A stretch of DNA of 46,951 nucleotides, counting the filler, from Narcine bancroftii (Eukaryota), in assembly GCF_036971445.1 (NCBI RefSeq). It is 2 parts of 2 records of this genome, joined end to end, with 100 filler letters (N's around TTAATTAATTAA, not from the genome) between each part and the next. Parts side by side here need not be neighbours in the genome. Positions count along the whole stretch, not along the records: positions 1 to 27,769 come from NC_091472.1; 1 more part is not named here. One strand, written 5' to 3'. The position numbers and the translations under genes were made by a program. A model generated the notes under the pieces. The model did not search any database. It saw only the letters and a list, made by a program, of their open reading frames with translations, and was not told where the DNA came from. This document shows positions 13,601-25,700 of the stretch, piece after piece; position 1 is the stretch's first letter; each line of letters begins with the position of its first letter.

Positions 13601-13716
13601 ACATAGCTCTACCACACCATATAAGTGCGACAGCCAGAGCAGTAAACCAGTCTCATTTTACAAGGCTTTGGTGTGCATGTCGTTCTTCTCCACACTCGCA
13701 TAGTGCAAACACTACA
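10625..13716 (+). mobile_element. Decayed Ty3/Gypsy LTR retrotransposon (CsRn1-like), copy 1
   Basis: TSD ATCC (10621-10624 / 13717-13720); 5' LTR 10625-10924; PBS TGGTGACCCCGAC from 10926; Gag CHCC 11273-11326; fragmented PR/RT (PDRYP, YLYDIL), RNase H (KYSAFKRELLA..FTNHK), IN; partial 3' LTR 13617-13716. Confidence 0.92.
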
Positions 13717-14590
13717 ATCCAAACATTCCTCAATTATATTGGTGGATGTGTGCCAGACAGATTGAATCATTCAACTCAATCTGCAAGCACACCAAAAGAA
13801 AGTAAAACAAACTTCATGTTTCTAATATGCAATGCCAACAACATAATTCTGAAATAGTTTAATTAGAGAGAAGCTGAATTTCACTTTTGATACTTTGTTT
13901 TTGCAAAGCTGCAGCCTGCTGTCAGAATTTATATTATAAAAAAATTCCTTTTTAAAACTGAAAGGAACTTTGCCATGGTCATAGAAGGTAAATTTTCAAG
14001 CAGTCATTGTAAAGGTTAAAACCTTGTATTTTTGATTTGTAGTTAATTTTATGACTATCCTTTTAAGAAAAATTGCTGTTTATAGTGATACTATAGTTAC
14101 TATGATGTCATATGTAGCAATATCCAGGCATACGGGGAGCTTGCTTTCATTCTTCGAAGAACCATGGAGGAGGCATAAGCATCAAAATACTTTTCTTTGA
14201 CTTTTTCTTAACTCATCATCTTAATTTCATCTCATTTTGTTTATTTCTTTTATATTTGTTTATCATTTTATATCATGATGTCTTTAAATATAGCCGAATG
14301 CTTTCTTCATCCATTGTTATGAAAATCTCAATGCAAAGTTATGCAAAATGTTTATATCAACAAATTAAAGCTACTTGAAAATACAAAGTTTGGTTTATTG
14401 GAGAGATAAGATAGTAAGATAGTAATTCGGAATATCATCGCTTACGTTTCTGTGAAGCTGGTATGTTTTGAAATTGGGAAATACGAGAGATTGGAAAGTG
14501 TCATCTATAGTCATGATTTGGCATCATGTACACCTAAAATGCTCTAGTTTGTGTGACATCTTACATGCAGAATTATTGACCAATACCTAC

Positions 14591-14763
14591 TTGTGCCGAT
14601 GAAGAATAGCATTGAAAGCAAGTCCATCAGCCCAACTTGTTGTAAAATTTAGAACATTGACTTGTTTGTAGGGTTGGGTTGACTGGCGAACCCAGCTGAG
14701 CAAAATCTTCTCACTGTTTGTCTGCTGCAGATCTGACATGATAGCTTTCATTATATCTTTGAC
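14591..14763 (-). CDS. UTRN: Utrophin coding exon (start of CH2; dystrophin exon 6 equivalent)
   Basis: 173 bp, ttcag|GTC...CACAA|gtaggt; [57 protein letters not shown]; SDLQQ, VNVLNF and LHRHK match utrophin rather than dystrophin. Confidence 0.96.
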
Positions 14764-14917
14764 CTGAAGCAAATATTGTACAATTAGCTTTGATTAAATA
14801 ATCCACAAAGATGACTCATGTTAAATTATTCACAACCTCTTGCAGGAGATACGCAAGAGAAAACTGCTTAGACTGCTAAACATTGGGTATGCATTCAATT
14901 ATAATGTCATTACTCAC

Positions 14918-15010
14918 TTGCCAATGTAGAATGATGCTCCAAATAAGCCCAAGCGTCAGTTTGCGATTCCCATCTACAATATCAATTCCTCCTATATTTA
15001 CCAGCTCCAC
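14918..15010 (-). CDS. UTRN: Utrophin coding exon (end of CH1; dystrophin exon 5 equivalent)
   Basis: 93 bp, gccag|GTG...CAA|gtgagt; [31 protein letters not shown]. Confidence 0.96.
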
Positions 15011-15863
15011 CTGGCAAAGATAAAAAAATTATATCACTAGAGTATAATTTAAAGTTCACAAAGATCAACAACAAATTTGCACAATTTATCAGTGGTCAAG
15101 ACTGACAATCCTCTTCACTCTTGAGGACAAATCATTCTAAGTTCTAACCTTCTAGCTCTTTAACCACATTCTGTCAAAAGTAATCCATGGACTCCATTGT
15201 AGAGCACCAAGTTTCTTCAGCTTCACAGCAGAAACCTGCATATTGAACCTGTGAGGATTGACCGAGGGAGCAGGAAGAAGCTTTTATAAATTGCATCTAA
15301 CGAGGTTAATTATACATTCTGAATTACATTTTTTAAAATACGTGCTTTTCAAAGTTGTGTTTAAAATTTGTTAAATTATCTGATGATTTGTGAATAGTTT
15401 CTCAGTGTTTGTGAATCTCCAAGACAGCCAATGATTGGACACTCAAGCTATCAGATAAAGAGGCTGCTGTCATAATCAATGAGAGTCATAAGCTTGCGCA
15501 TCTCCTAAATCTCTCATGTTTTTGACCAATCTTGCACATAACTCATCCGTATCTCTCACAAAAGGTCACCTTAAAGGAAACCTGCAACTTAATATCAAAC
15601 TAGCTTCAAGGAGGAGGTTAAAATAGGTAATGTTTGGAAAAGGTATTATATTTTTGGGAATATATTCATCTTAATAAAGTTAACCCTTCCCACAAAAGTT
15701 ATAGATAAATTCATCCATTTTTTTTAAATCTTCCTCGATCTTTTTAAGTAATGGTAAATAATTCAATTTGTTTATATTTTTCAAATTATTATCCATACTT
15801 AAATATTTAATACACAATTTTCACCATTTAATCTGAGTATCCCTTTGACTGATTATAATCACC

Positions 15864-16197
15864 TGTACCAGGTAAGCAACCACACGGTTGGATGGGCCAA
15901 ATCACCGCCCCAGTCATCCAACATAAGATAGCGCAGGCCCCCTTCCCTTCCGAGAAGCCTATGGTTGGCAACACATGTTGCATGGGGGAGAGCGCCACTT
16001 CCATGTTGCACACTGCTGGACGGGGATTGACGCCACGACATGTTGACATCACTTTCTAAGGCCAGCACGACCCTTACAGGAAGTGAGTGGTCTCCTCAAG
16101 GAGCGCGAGTAATTCAAAATTAAGTTCAGTTACTGGTTCACCTCGAGCTATGTGGATGTCTCTCATTTCAGTAGCGCTGCCATTAGCAGACGCTACA
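15864..16197 (+). repeat. 5' LTR of Gypsy copy 2
   Basis: TGTA...CTACA, colinear with 19830-20161, followed by PBS. Confidence 0.9.
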
Positions 16198-19100
16198 GTG
16201 GTGACCCCAATGGTTCTAACGTCTTTAGAACCCACCTCGAATGTGACAAAATCCAGGATGCTATTCCTTCTACAGTCACAATGGCTGCAACCAGCGCTAT
16301 GGGTGTGCATTTGCAGCCCTTCTGGAGAAATCAGGAATTGGTTGCAACTGGCTGAGTCACAGTTCCAGATCAGAGGCATTGTCTTGGAGAATACCATGTA
16401 CTGACAAGTCGTCAGCACCCTGGACGCCGCTACCGCAGCAAAAAGGAATCTCCTTCATGGAAAGTCTTCCTATGGAGCACAAGTACGAACAATTCCAGCA
16501 TTTCCACCTTGATTCCTTGGAGCTCAGCCAACACAAGCGCATCGTCTGCATCCTGATTATACAAGGCCTAGGCCTTTCACTAAATGGTGGCCTGAGTGGA
16601 CAGACACACAAACTGTTTCTTGTTCGAGCCCTTGTTCCTCTCCAAAGTACCGAAGCATGTTTCCTCGGCAATATCTGACATGGATTTCAGCACCCCACAC
16701 ATGGTAGCCAAAGAAACAGACACTTTTCCACACCCTGCAACAGAGCTCCACACATGTACAACAAATCTACGCATTGGCGCCACCAGTTCAGCCCCTCCAC
16801 CAGGCTCCCGAGCAGTAGCCGCAGCCCTGCCGCAATGTAACAAGCGCTGAGACAGACTGATTACTGTTTCTACCACTGAAAATGGAGCTGTAACCATGCT
16901 CGTACCCCAACACCAAGTCAAATGCGGAAAATGGACTGGCAAGCCGCCAATAGTGGCCTCAGCGGTTGGCATACATAAAGGCCTACTCTACCTCAGGGAC
17001 CAGTGAACAAAGAGGGATTTCCTAGTCGATATGGGTGCAGAGATAAGCCTCATTCACCAACGTATTTCGAGCTCAAACACAGTCCCAAGGGCCTTCCCCT
17101 ACAGACAGCCAACTGTTCTTCCATTCTGAATTTTGGCACATGCCTGATCGCAATCCACACCATGGACAAAGTTTTCCACTGGAAGTGTACAATCGCGTCC
17201 ATGGGACAAACCCTACTTGAAGCAGATTTCCTCCAGGCACATGAGCTCCTGGTGGACATGAAAAGATGCCATTTGTTCCAGCCCCAACTCTATGGCAATG
17301 CTCCTTCTGCCATTAGGAATCCACGCTCCGGACCATAATGAATATGCTCTCTTATTGGCTAACTACCTGTCACTGTTGGTGCCCAACTTCCACGATGCTA
17401 AACCAGAACATGGCGTGGAGCACCATATCGAGACCTCTGGGCCCCCAGTGTGCACATGAGCATGGTTCCTCCCACAAGACAAACTCCTTCAAGCCAAGAC
17501 CGAGTTCATTGCCATGGAGGAGAAGAGTATCACCTGCCACTCAAACAGCCCCTGGGTGTCCCTGCTGCACATGGTCCAGAAGAATTCCGACGGTTGCCGC
17601 CACTGTACCAGATAGATACCCCATCCCACATGTTCAGGATTTAGCCACAAGACTCCAGGGCTGATGGATCTTTTCCAAGGTGGACCTCGTCAAAGGGTAC
17701 CATCAGATTCCTATGCATCCTAACGATGTCCCGAAAAGGGCCATTATTAAACCTTTCAGCTTTTTCAAGTTCCTTCGGATGTCTTTCAGTCTAAATAATG
17801 CAGCCCAGACATTTCAACATCTCATGGGCTTGGTTGGCAGGGACCTCTATTTCATCTTCATCTATCTGGATAACATTCTCATCAATAGCCCTGACGCCAA
17901 CACACACAGGACGCACCTGACTCGCCTGTATCACCCCAGAGGAGGCCATATCACTGCCATCCCAACATTTTCCCAGGCCGAGCACAATCAAAGGCTACAA
18001 CAATTCCAAGGAATGGTGAATTTATATCATCGTTTCCACCCGAGAATGGCTATCCTCCTGCAACCCCTATTCGACCTCATCAAACTTGGTGACAAGGCAC
18101 TCCATTGGACATGCAAAACAGTGGAAGCATTCCAGGTAACTAAAATGGCGCTGGCGGAGGCTACATCTTTGGCCCATCCAGACTCTTCCTGCCCCCTGCC
18201 CCCTGGTCCTTACAACAGATGCATTGGAGCAGTGGGTCGATGATCAGTGGTGCCCCCAGGCTTTCTTCAGCAAACATATCCGGACACTGGAAGTACAGCT
18301 CGTTCGACCGTGAACTGTTGGGCCTGTACCTGACAATACAACATTTCTGGTACATGTTAAAAGGAAGGGTTTTCGTTGCCTACACAGACCACAAACCACT
18401 CATCCATGCACTCAGCAAGGTTTCCGACCCGTGGTCGGTGAGACAACAACGATACCTCTCCTACATTTCTGTGTATACAACGGACATTTGCCACGTCGCA
18501 GGCAAATCCAACATGGTGGCCGATGCACTGTCCAGACCGGCCATCGCCGCGACCTCAGGAAGGCTCAATGTTGCTCAATTAGCCAACAACCAAGCAGAGG
18601 ATGCAGAAGTCCAGCCCTACTGAACTGCCATCACCAGCCTGAAGGTTAGCGATTTCTGTCCTTCACTGGGAAGCCTGACTTTCCTCTGCGACATGTCCAC
18701 AGGTTTCCCCAGACCCATCCTACCCACAACCTAGCAACAGTGGGTGTTCAACCAAATACACAGTCTGTCACATCCTTCCATAAGGTCCACGGTCCGCCTT
18801 CTGTCTGACAAGTTTGTATGGCATGGCCTCCACCGCAATGTGGCCTAAGAATTGTTTGGACTGCCAATCCACCAAAGTGCACAGACACACAAAGGCCCCA
18901 CTCCAGAGCTTTGACTCGGCACAGTGCTGTTTTGACCGTGTGCATGTGGACATCATCAGCCCATTCCCTGTGAGCCAAGGTATGCAGTATTGTTCAAAGC
19001 AATCGTCCGTTTTACCTGCTGGCTGAAAGTGATACCACTGCCCACATGCGACACAGAGACTTGTGCCAGAGCTTTCTTATCCATTTGGGTTGCATGCTTT

Positions 19101-19829
19101 GGAGTCTCGACCCACATCACCTCGGACCAAGGAGCCCAATTCACGTCCTCACTCTGGGGCAACCTAGCCAAGTTCTGTGGAAGCCACTTACACCTCACCA
19201 TGGCCTACCATTCTCAGGAAAATGGCCTCGTCAAACGTTTCCACTGCCACCTGAGAGCAGCCCTGAAAGCTCGACTACAAGGCCCTAATTGGATGGACGA
19301 ACTCCCATGAGTGATGATAGGAATTCGCACAGCACCAAAAGAAGACCTATCAGCGACATCAGCCGAGATGGTATACTTACCATCCCAAGGGACATTCACT
19401 TCAACCCTCCCGGCTCACAACCCAGTGCTCTAGACGTCCTCCAGCGATTGAGGAAACAAACGGGAAACAGAAATCTCCGCCACCTTCCCAGCACAGCTCT
19501 CCACCCTGCCACATCCTGACGAACTTGCAGTCCATCAATTTCATTTTTGTTTGGAGAGGACAGCAAGGGACATCCCTACAATGCCCCTACGAAGGCCCAT
19601 TCAAGGTTTTACAGCACGATGGTCTCGTTTTCATCTTGGACATAGACGGGCGGCAGGACCGGTTTACCATTGACCACCTCAAGACAGTGCATCTGGATTC
19701 AAACCAGCCCGCCCTGGATCCCCAGGTCAGACACAGAGACTGCCGGCCCAAAGACAGTACAATAACTTACTTAAAGGATGGTAGTGATTCGGTTGGGGGG
19801 GGGGGGGGGGGGGGGTATGTTGATGGTGG

Positions 19830-20161
19830 TGTAGCCAGCTGAGCGACTGCACGGTTGGACGGGCCAAATCGCCGCCCCAGTAGTCCGACACAAGATTGCG
19901 TGGGACCCCCTTCCCTTCCGAGGAGAAGCCTGTGGGGTTGTCAACACACGTTGCCCAGGGGACAACGCCACTTCCATGTTGCGTGCCACTGGATGCAGAG
20001 TGACCCCACGACGTGCAGACATCTCTTCCTACGGCCAGCGCAGCCCTCATAGGAAGTGCATGGTGTCCTCGAGGAATGTGAGGAATTCAAAATTAAAGTT
20101 GTTACTGGTTCACCAGTGGACGTCTCTCATTTTGGTAGTGCTGCCATTAGCAGACGCTACA
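19830..20161 (+). repeat. 3' LTR of Gypsy copy 2
   Basis: TGTAG...CTACA, preceded by G-tract PPT, followed by TSD CACC. Confidence 0.9.
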
Positions 20162-20429
20162 CACCATTCATTAGTGGCATAATTTCATTTTTATCCCAAT
20201 TTATTTTATTACCCGAAACTTTCCCATATTCTTCCCATTGAACATTTATTTTCATAAGTATGTCACAGGTTCAGTTAAATATATTAAAACATCATCTGCA
20301 AATAAACTAATCTTATGTTCTTATTGACCAACCCTAAATCCCTTAATTTCCAAAATCATTCCTAATTGCTTGAGCAGGAGGTTCCATAGCTAAAATAACA
20401 AAGCTGGAGATAAAGGGCATCCTTGTCTA

Positions 20430-20920
20430 CTTGATCTAGCAGAGGGTAGAATACAGCAAAGATAGAAGGCTTATCCAAGGCACCAATAACTGAATGCATC
20501 ATCAGAAAACCTGGATGAGTGTAGGAAGTCCAGTAAATAAATTAGGAGGGAAATTAATCAACCATGGAGCAGACATTAAATATCGAGAAGAAAATTCAAA
20601 GAAAAACAAAATACACAACAACCAAAGAAACAACATGACTTGTTAAGGATTAGAGATATATATCCTTTCTTTGGCGAGGTGAAGGATTTGAACAAAGCTT
20701 TGAAATTAATATTTTCCATTATGCCAAATGTTTTAGTTAATGCAAACAAGTGTTGAATATTGGAAGGGATAAGTGCTCAATAAAGTACTAAAGGATTATC
20801 ATCTTTGAAAATAGATAAATCATAAGCTTCAGATGAAGTGCATCATTGGGTACAAAAAGGGCAGAGTAAACTGTGTTGGCTCAGACTTCAATATTTCAAT
20901 CTTCATTGGCAACAGACCAA
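20430..20920 (+). mobile_element. Highly degraded CR1-like LINE fragment
   Basis: Remnant 'aaaatagataaatca...gatgaagtgcatc' resembling the K.DKS.GPD..HPR motif; boundaries approximate. Confidence 0.35.
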
Positions 20921-21339
20921 CAGTAATAAGTAACTAAGTATTTTGAGGTTTAACAAATGACTTTCACAAATTCCAAAATCACTCATTCCTTTGAATAATC
21001 ACTAAAATAGCATGACCGCTTAGTTTCTCTCTCAAACACTAAATGCAGAACCCATTACAAATTGAAAAGGAAGTGAGTAATTTTAAAACTTAAGCATTTT
21101 AACCAACTGCTGTCTCAGAATTTTTGCTGAAACCCATTTTCAGGAAAAGCTCCATCTACTTTGTGCAATTACTAAATGTCTTGCTAGGATACATTTGTAG
21201 CTAACTCAAGGACTACGGTATTCAATCTAATCATTGCATTTACTAAACCAAAGCACAGAAAGATCTCAAAAAAAAGATTTATTGAATAAAAGCAAATAAA
21301 ATTTCATTTTGCAAACATGTTTAACAATTGTAAAATATA

Positions 21340-22787
21340 CCATATTTTTCAGTGTATAAGTCGGTCCAAACCCTCTTTTAAACCTAATTTTAAGGGTTTT
21401 ATGGTATATCTGGCGTAAATGTTGACCCCAATTTCTGGCTACCTGAGGTACCCCCTTGGCCGGCATATAAGTCGACCTCCAAAGCTGCGATGCCTGAGAT
21501 GTCCTGTTGTATTGACACACCCCCCCCCCCCACCATCATAGATTGCACAGATTGACTGGTCAGGCATTGGCTGGAGGTAATTGCTATCATGGAGGGCCCA
21601 TCAACACAACACAGCACATGATGAAAATTTGAAGCTGTGGCGGATCACCACAAGGCAGGCGAACCGGCCCCACTTGTAAGCCATGCAGCAGGGCAGCCAG
21701 CCAAGAGGGGCTCAGAAATCCATGCTTGGGGACCGTGTGACGCCCAGGTGACGTCAGCGCCCTCCAGCGCGGTTCTCAGCCAGGTCTGGGCTGGGAGTAT
21801 ACGCGCAGCCCAGCAGCCTGCAATAAACCAGTCTGCTCACTGAGCTCTACCCATCTGGCTGTGTGTGTTATTGCAGGAGCAGTGTAGCCGCCACTACAAA
21901 GCGAACTTAAAGTTGAAAGTGATAGAAGTGGCCAAGAAAGCAAACAACTGCGCTATTGCAAGAAAATTTGATGTGCATAAGAATTTGGTAAGAGATTGGA
22001 GGAAGAAAGAAGAGACTTTAAGAAACATACCAAAAAGGCAATGTTCTTTGAGAAAAGAAATCACTCATTGGACAATTGGAAAATCACTTTGTAGAATGGG
22101 TACATGAAGAGAAGCAAGATTACCTCAGTCATCTACATTAGCACTGCAGTGGATAAAGTCACACCCAGACCTCTGATGAATTTGAGGCTAGAGTACGCTG
22201 GTGCAATCATTTCATGAACAAGAAAAATCTGGTATTATGCCAAAAAACAAAAATTGCACAGAAGCTACCAAAAGATCTTGATAAAGTTGTACATTTTCAC
22301 CAGTTTATTATACCGAACCAGCAGAAACCCCCATGAATTTCATTCAACATGATAACAAGAAAAGAGTGGAATGGAAAGGTGTTAAAACTGTGAAAACAAG
22401 AAGAACTGGCCACGAAAGGACCAGGTTTACTGTTATCATGCATGGCCGACAGGACAAAGTTAAGACCCATGGTAATCTTCAAATGCAAAATTAAACTGAA
22501 AATAAAATTCCCTGCAGGTATTTTTGTACACTTTCATGAAAAAGGATGGAAGGATGAAAATGGTGTAAAACTATGGATAGACAATGTGTAGAACAGCTGG
22601 CCAGGCAGTTTACGCAAAGAACAGTTTCATAGCCACTTAAATGAAAACACTAAAAATAGATTAGCACTACTTAATACTTACATGGCTGTTATCCGGATGT
22701 TTTGATGTCTATATTGCAACCTCTCAATGAATGCTTGAAAAAGCCATTCAAAGACCATGTGTGCGAGGAATGAAATACATGGATGTA
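21340..22787 (+). mobile_element. pogo-family (POGK-like) DNA transposon, left arm and disrupted transposase
   Basis: TA + TIR-like CCATATTTTTCAGTGTATAAGTCG; Brinker-type DBD (KFEA^NLKLKVIEVAKKANNCAIARKFDVHKNLVRDWRK), HTH (WCNHFM), DDE remnants (KLRPMVIFK, LQPL..KPFKDH); cut by L1 at 22788. Confidence 0.85.
21636..21898 (+). mobile_element. Solo Gypsy LTR inserted in the pogo transposase
   Basis: TGTGG...CTACA, TSD AAGC (21632-21635 / 21899-21902), AATAAA at 21822-21827. Confidence 0.88.
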
Positions 22788-25700
22788 GGGGAGGTCATGT
22801 GATGCCATTGGGAACGCAGCACTCCCTAACGACTCCCAAAAAAAAATATATTTTTTTAAAGTGCTAATTGAGTAGAGTTTTTAATCATTAAAGTTAATTT
22901 AAAGTATTTTTGAAATACTGAAAACTTTAATTACAATGTTATGAAAAAAGAAAAAACTCCAAAAACTACACCAAAAGAAAAATGCGAATCAAGGAAAGAA
23001 AAAGAACCTGGACCTAACTCTTCAATGAAGTCAGCCACTGACTTCCTGGACCCACTGTAGACAGCCCTAGAGAGGGACCGTCTCACAAAGCCATCCCTGC
23101 GGTTCTCCACAAAGATAGCACCACCCCGAGAATTATTTCTGCACTGTGGATGAAAAAATTAAAGGGAAAAATTTTTCACCCCTCTTGAAGGTCCAGTCCA
23201 GCCCTCCAGATCTGCAAGAAGAAGACTTACCTGGTATGGAAGGTGATTCTAGTAAATCAACAAGATGAAGACACAAAAACAGAGAAGAAGAATTTATGGC
23301 AAGGCAAAGTTTTTTAAGAAAAAATTGATGCTAAAATTGATAATCTCGTAAATGCAATGGAGAATAATTTTAAATTTTTAACTGGAGAAATATAAGTTAA
23401 AATTGATTTAACTAAATCAATAAATAATGTTTCACAAAGGGTTGATAAATTAGAAGAAAGAATTCAGGACAACCGTGAAAAAGTTCAACACATTGTGGAA
23501 AGAACAAATGTTAATGAGGGCTCTGTTACTGCTTTGGTTTCTATGAATGAAAAATTGTTGGAGAAGGTTGATATTTTGGAAAATTATAGAAGAAGGAATA
23601 ATCTTAAAATCATTGGAATGTCTGAATATAGAGAAGGTCAAGATGTAATTCACTTTTTCAACATTGGATACTGCAAATATTTAGACGCGTAAACTTCAAA
23701 GAGAAAATTTTGATTGAGAGACCCCATAGAGCTCTCTGACCAAACCCAGGACAAAAATCAAAGACATCGGTCTATATTAGATTTTTAAACTATCAGGATA
23801 GAGAAAAGATACTTGGATTGGCAATGAGAAAAGCTAAAGAACATGGACCTTTGAATTATGAGGGGGACAAGATTTTTTTTATCCAGAGCTGAGTCAAGAT
23901 CTTTTGAAGGGAAGGAAAGAATTTAATACAGTTATGAAGACTTTCTATGATAAAGGTTATAGATTTGTGTTGGGACATCCAGCAACTTGAACATTTTTAT
24001 TCCAGATCAGCAGAATGACTTCTTCAACAATTATATTCAGGCCAAAGATTTTGTTAACGATCTGCTCATGGCTCACCTATATCAAAAGGACTTATTGAAA
24101 TGATTTATTAAAATGGGGAGTATGTTTTCCTCTTTCTATAATTTATTTTCTTTTTCCCTGAAAGTCAGGGGTTGTGTTTGTTAGTTTCTGATGACTACAT
24201 GTGTTTTCGTGGTTTAGCCATGACCTGTAAAATGGAGGGTAGTAATGCTGGTCTTTCGGCATTTTGGGGAGGGAGGGGTTTCTTTTTTTTTGTTTTTTAA
24301 CCAATACTTTTACATTATATTTTTATTTTGAATAAGTTCAGTGTTTTTGGATTGCAGATGATGACACCTCAAACCAATTTAATTTATGGGAATTCTTCCT
24401 AGATAGGAACGTATGTTAATAATTTGGAAAATAATGGATAAAACAGTTGATATTGTTTTAATATTAATGGGATTAACAGACCCAAAGAAGAAAGAAGGTA
24501 TTGTGGCAGTGTGAGCAGTGGAACAAACACAGCCACCACGTTGAGGGTCATTAATGACTGAATTCAAGGGCAGCATGAGCTTAGTCACCTGGTGCATTGT
24601 GACATCATAATTGCTGCCCAGGGCGCGCACTGGAAGGGATGCTGGAGTCAGAAAGAAACCTCTGATGATGCCATTTTCCCATGGCTGCCCCGCCACATGG
24701 TGATACAAGCGGGGCTGATTCTCCATGAGGGTGTGCACCACCACACAATTATCATACATCAAGAAATTAGGAGTAGATATTGCTTTTTTACGAGACTTGT
24801 TCAACTGAAAGTGAACATTTAAAATTGAAAAGAGATTGGATAGGTCAAGTAGCTTTCTCTACATTTAACTCTAAAGCTAGGGGAGGAGCAATTTTATTTT
24901 TTTTTAATTTACCAGTAAAAATCCAAGATGTAATTACAGATCCAGCAGGAAAGTATCTTATTGTCATATATTTTTTGAAGAATGGACTTTATCAAATATT
25001 TATGCACTGAATTTAGACGATCATAAATTTATGCAAGATACTTTATTAAATTTGGTGAATGTACATGAAAATGTTTTTGTGGGTGGTGATTTTAATTTTT
25101 GTTTAGAACCTGTATTGAGTAAGTCTTCAAAACTAATAGTGAAATCAAAGGCAGCTAAAACATTGTTATCTTTAATGAAAGATTTTAATTTAATGATATA
25201 TGGAGAAGAATACATCTTAAGGAAAGCAGATTTGATACGTATTCTAGAACTAATTTTTTTCTTGGTTTCTGCTCAAAATCAATCAAGACTAGATTATTAT
25301 CTAACCATTCTCCTCTTTTAATTGAGTTGGAATTTTCAGAAAAACAACATTTAGTTTATAGATGGAGATTGAATTCTTTATTATCGAAGAGATCAAATTT
25401 TTGTTTATTTATAAGACAACATATTCAATTGTTTTGTGAAACTAACTTAAATTCAGTAGATAATACATTTGCTATTTGGAATACATTGAAAGCTTATTTA
25501 CAGTCAAATTATAATTTATTCTTTAAACTTAAAAAAATTATGAAAGATATAGACAAATTGGAAAAGGAGATAACTTTATTGGAAAAAGAAATTCAAAAAT
25601 CATCTTCTGAGGATAAATATAGAATTTTAGCAAATAAAAATTACAACATAATACAATGTTAACAAATAGAACAGAGAAAATGATATTACGATCTAAGCAG

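Larger units (their letters stand above)
15864..20161 (+). mobile_element. Near full-length decayed Ty3/Gypsy LTR retrotransposon (CsRn1-like), copy 2
   Basis: TSD CACC (15860-15863 / 20162-20165); LTRs 15864-16197 and 19830-20161; PBS TGGTGACCCC; poly-G PPT to 19815; gag (LQPFW..LAESQFQIRGI), RT (DLVKGYHQIPM, YLDNIL), RNase H (YTDHKPL), IN (ITSDQGAQF, PYEGPF), all frameshifted. Confidence 0.95.

Noticed and set aside
1212-15010. Dystrophin (DMD) as the identity of the exons
   Set aside because: Residues ([28 protein letters not shown]), the 116-bp CH2 exon and the lack of a dystrophin exon-9-type exon fit utrophin
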